The notes below the pieces were generated by a model that saw only the letters and a list, made by a program, of their open reading frames with translations, searched no databases and was not told where the DNA came from. A stretch of DNA of 64,000 nucleotides from the NCBI GenBank assembly GCA_024679065.1, contig JAGIQG010000009.1, positions 90,272,001 through 90,336,000 of the forward strand. Reading direction: 5' to 3'. Shown here one piece after another: positions 63,612-64,000 of this stretch (positions are counted from its first letter, which is position 1; every line of letters begins with the position of its first letter). Made by a program: the position numbers and the translations under genes. Source of the DNA: Sphyrna mokarran (lineage: Eukaryota).

Positions 63612-63898
63612 AATCATAGAATCCCACAATGCAGAAGGAGGCCCATCAAGTCTGCAATGACAACAATCTCATCCTATTCCTATAACCCACGTATTTACCC
63701 TGCAATCCCTCTGACACCAGGGGCAATTTAGCATGGCTAACCAACTTAACCTGCACATCTTTGGACTGTGCAAGGAAACTGGAATACCCAGAGAAACCTA
63801 TGCAGACATGGGGAGGACGTGCAAACTCCACATAGACAGTCCCCTGAGGCCAGAACCAAACCCAGGAAATGCTAACCACTGTGCCACCATGCTGCCCC
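63612..63898 (-). mobile_element. HE1/V-SINE
   Basis: GGGGCAGCATGGTGGCACAGTGGTTAGC head, V core and CR1-type tail. Confidence 0.82.
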
Positions 63899-64000
63899 TA
63901 TTTATAGTATAGCACACATCAATTGCCATATTATTGAGGATGAATGTGTCAGGGATGTACAGAGTGGACAGATCATGATATCAGTCAGTATGTAACATAA

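Overview
Repeat-saturated vertebrate genomic DNA, almost certainly from a cartilaginous fish (shark); this is inferred from HE1-type SINEs and the close resemblance of the gene to nurse-shark class II alpha as I recall it. The only host gene I can support is an MHC class II alpha chain on the minus strand. It has an X-Y box promoter (62129-62169), a leader exon (61923-61989), an alpha1 exon (54410-54658) and an alpha2 exon (25890-26171). The three exons splice in frame; I could not find the TM/cytoplasmic exon in the window. The introns (7.3 kb, 28.2 kb and possibly >25.9 kb) are filled with nested retroelements. These include young and old CR1 LINEs (one near full length), Rex1/Babar LINEs, Neptune-type Penelope-like elements with minimal hammerhead-ribozyme motifs and inverted pLTRs, tRNA-derived SINEs and fold-back MITEs. 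Intron 2 also holds an antisense class I ERV provirus (two ~574-bp LTRs, tRNA-Ser-like PBS, integrase, gamma-type env). The best novelty candidate is a CR1 lineage seen in three copies from two diverged subfamilies. Its 3' UTR carries a fixed cassette: a 3' splice-site-like signal, a ~100-120-nt rod-like hairpin that keeps its pairing despite substitutions, a captured and decayed HE1-type SINE, and then the LINE tail. All alignments, folds and identities were done by eye, so repeat boundaries are approximate.
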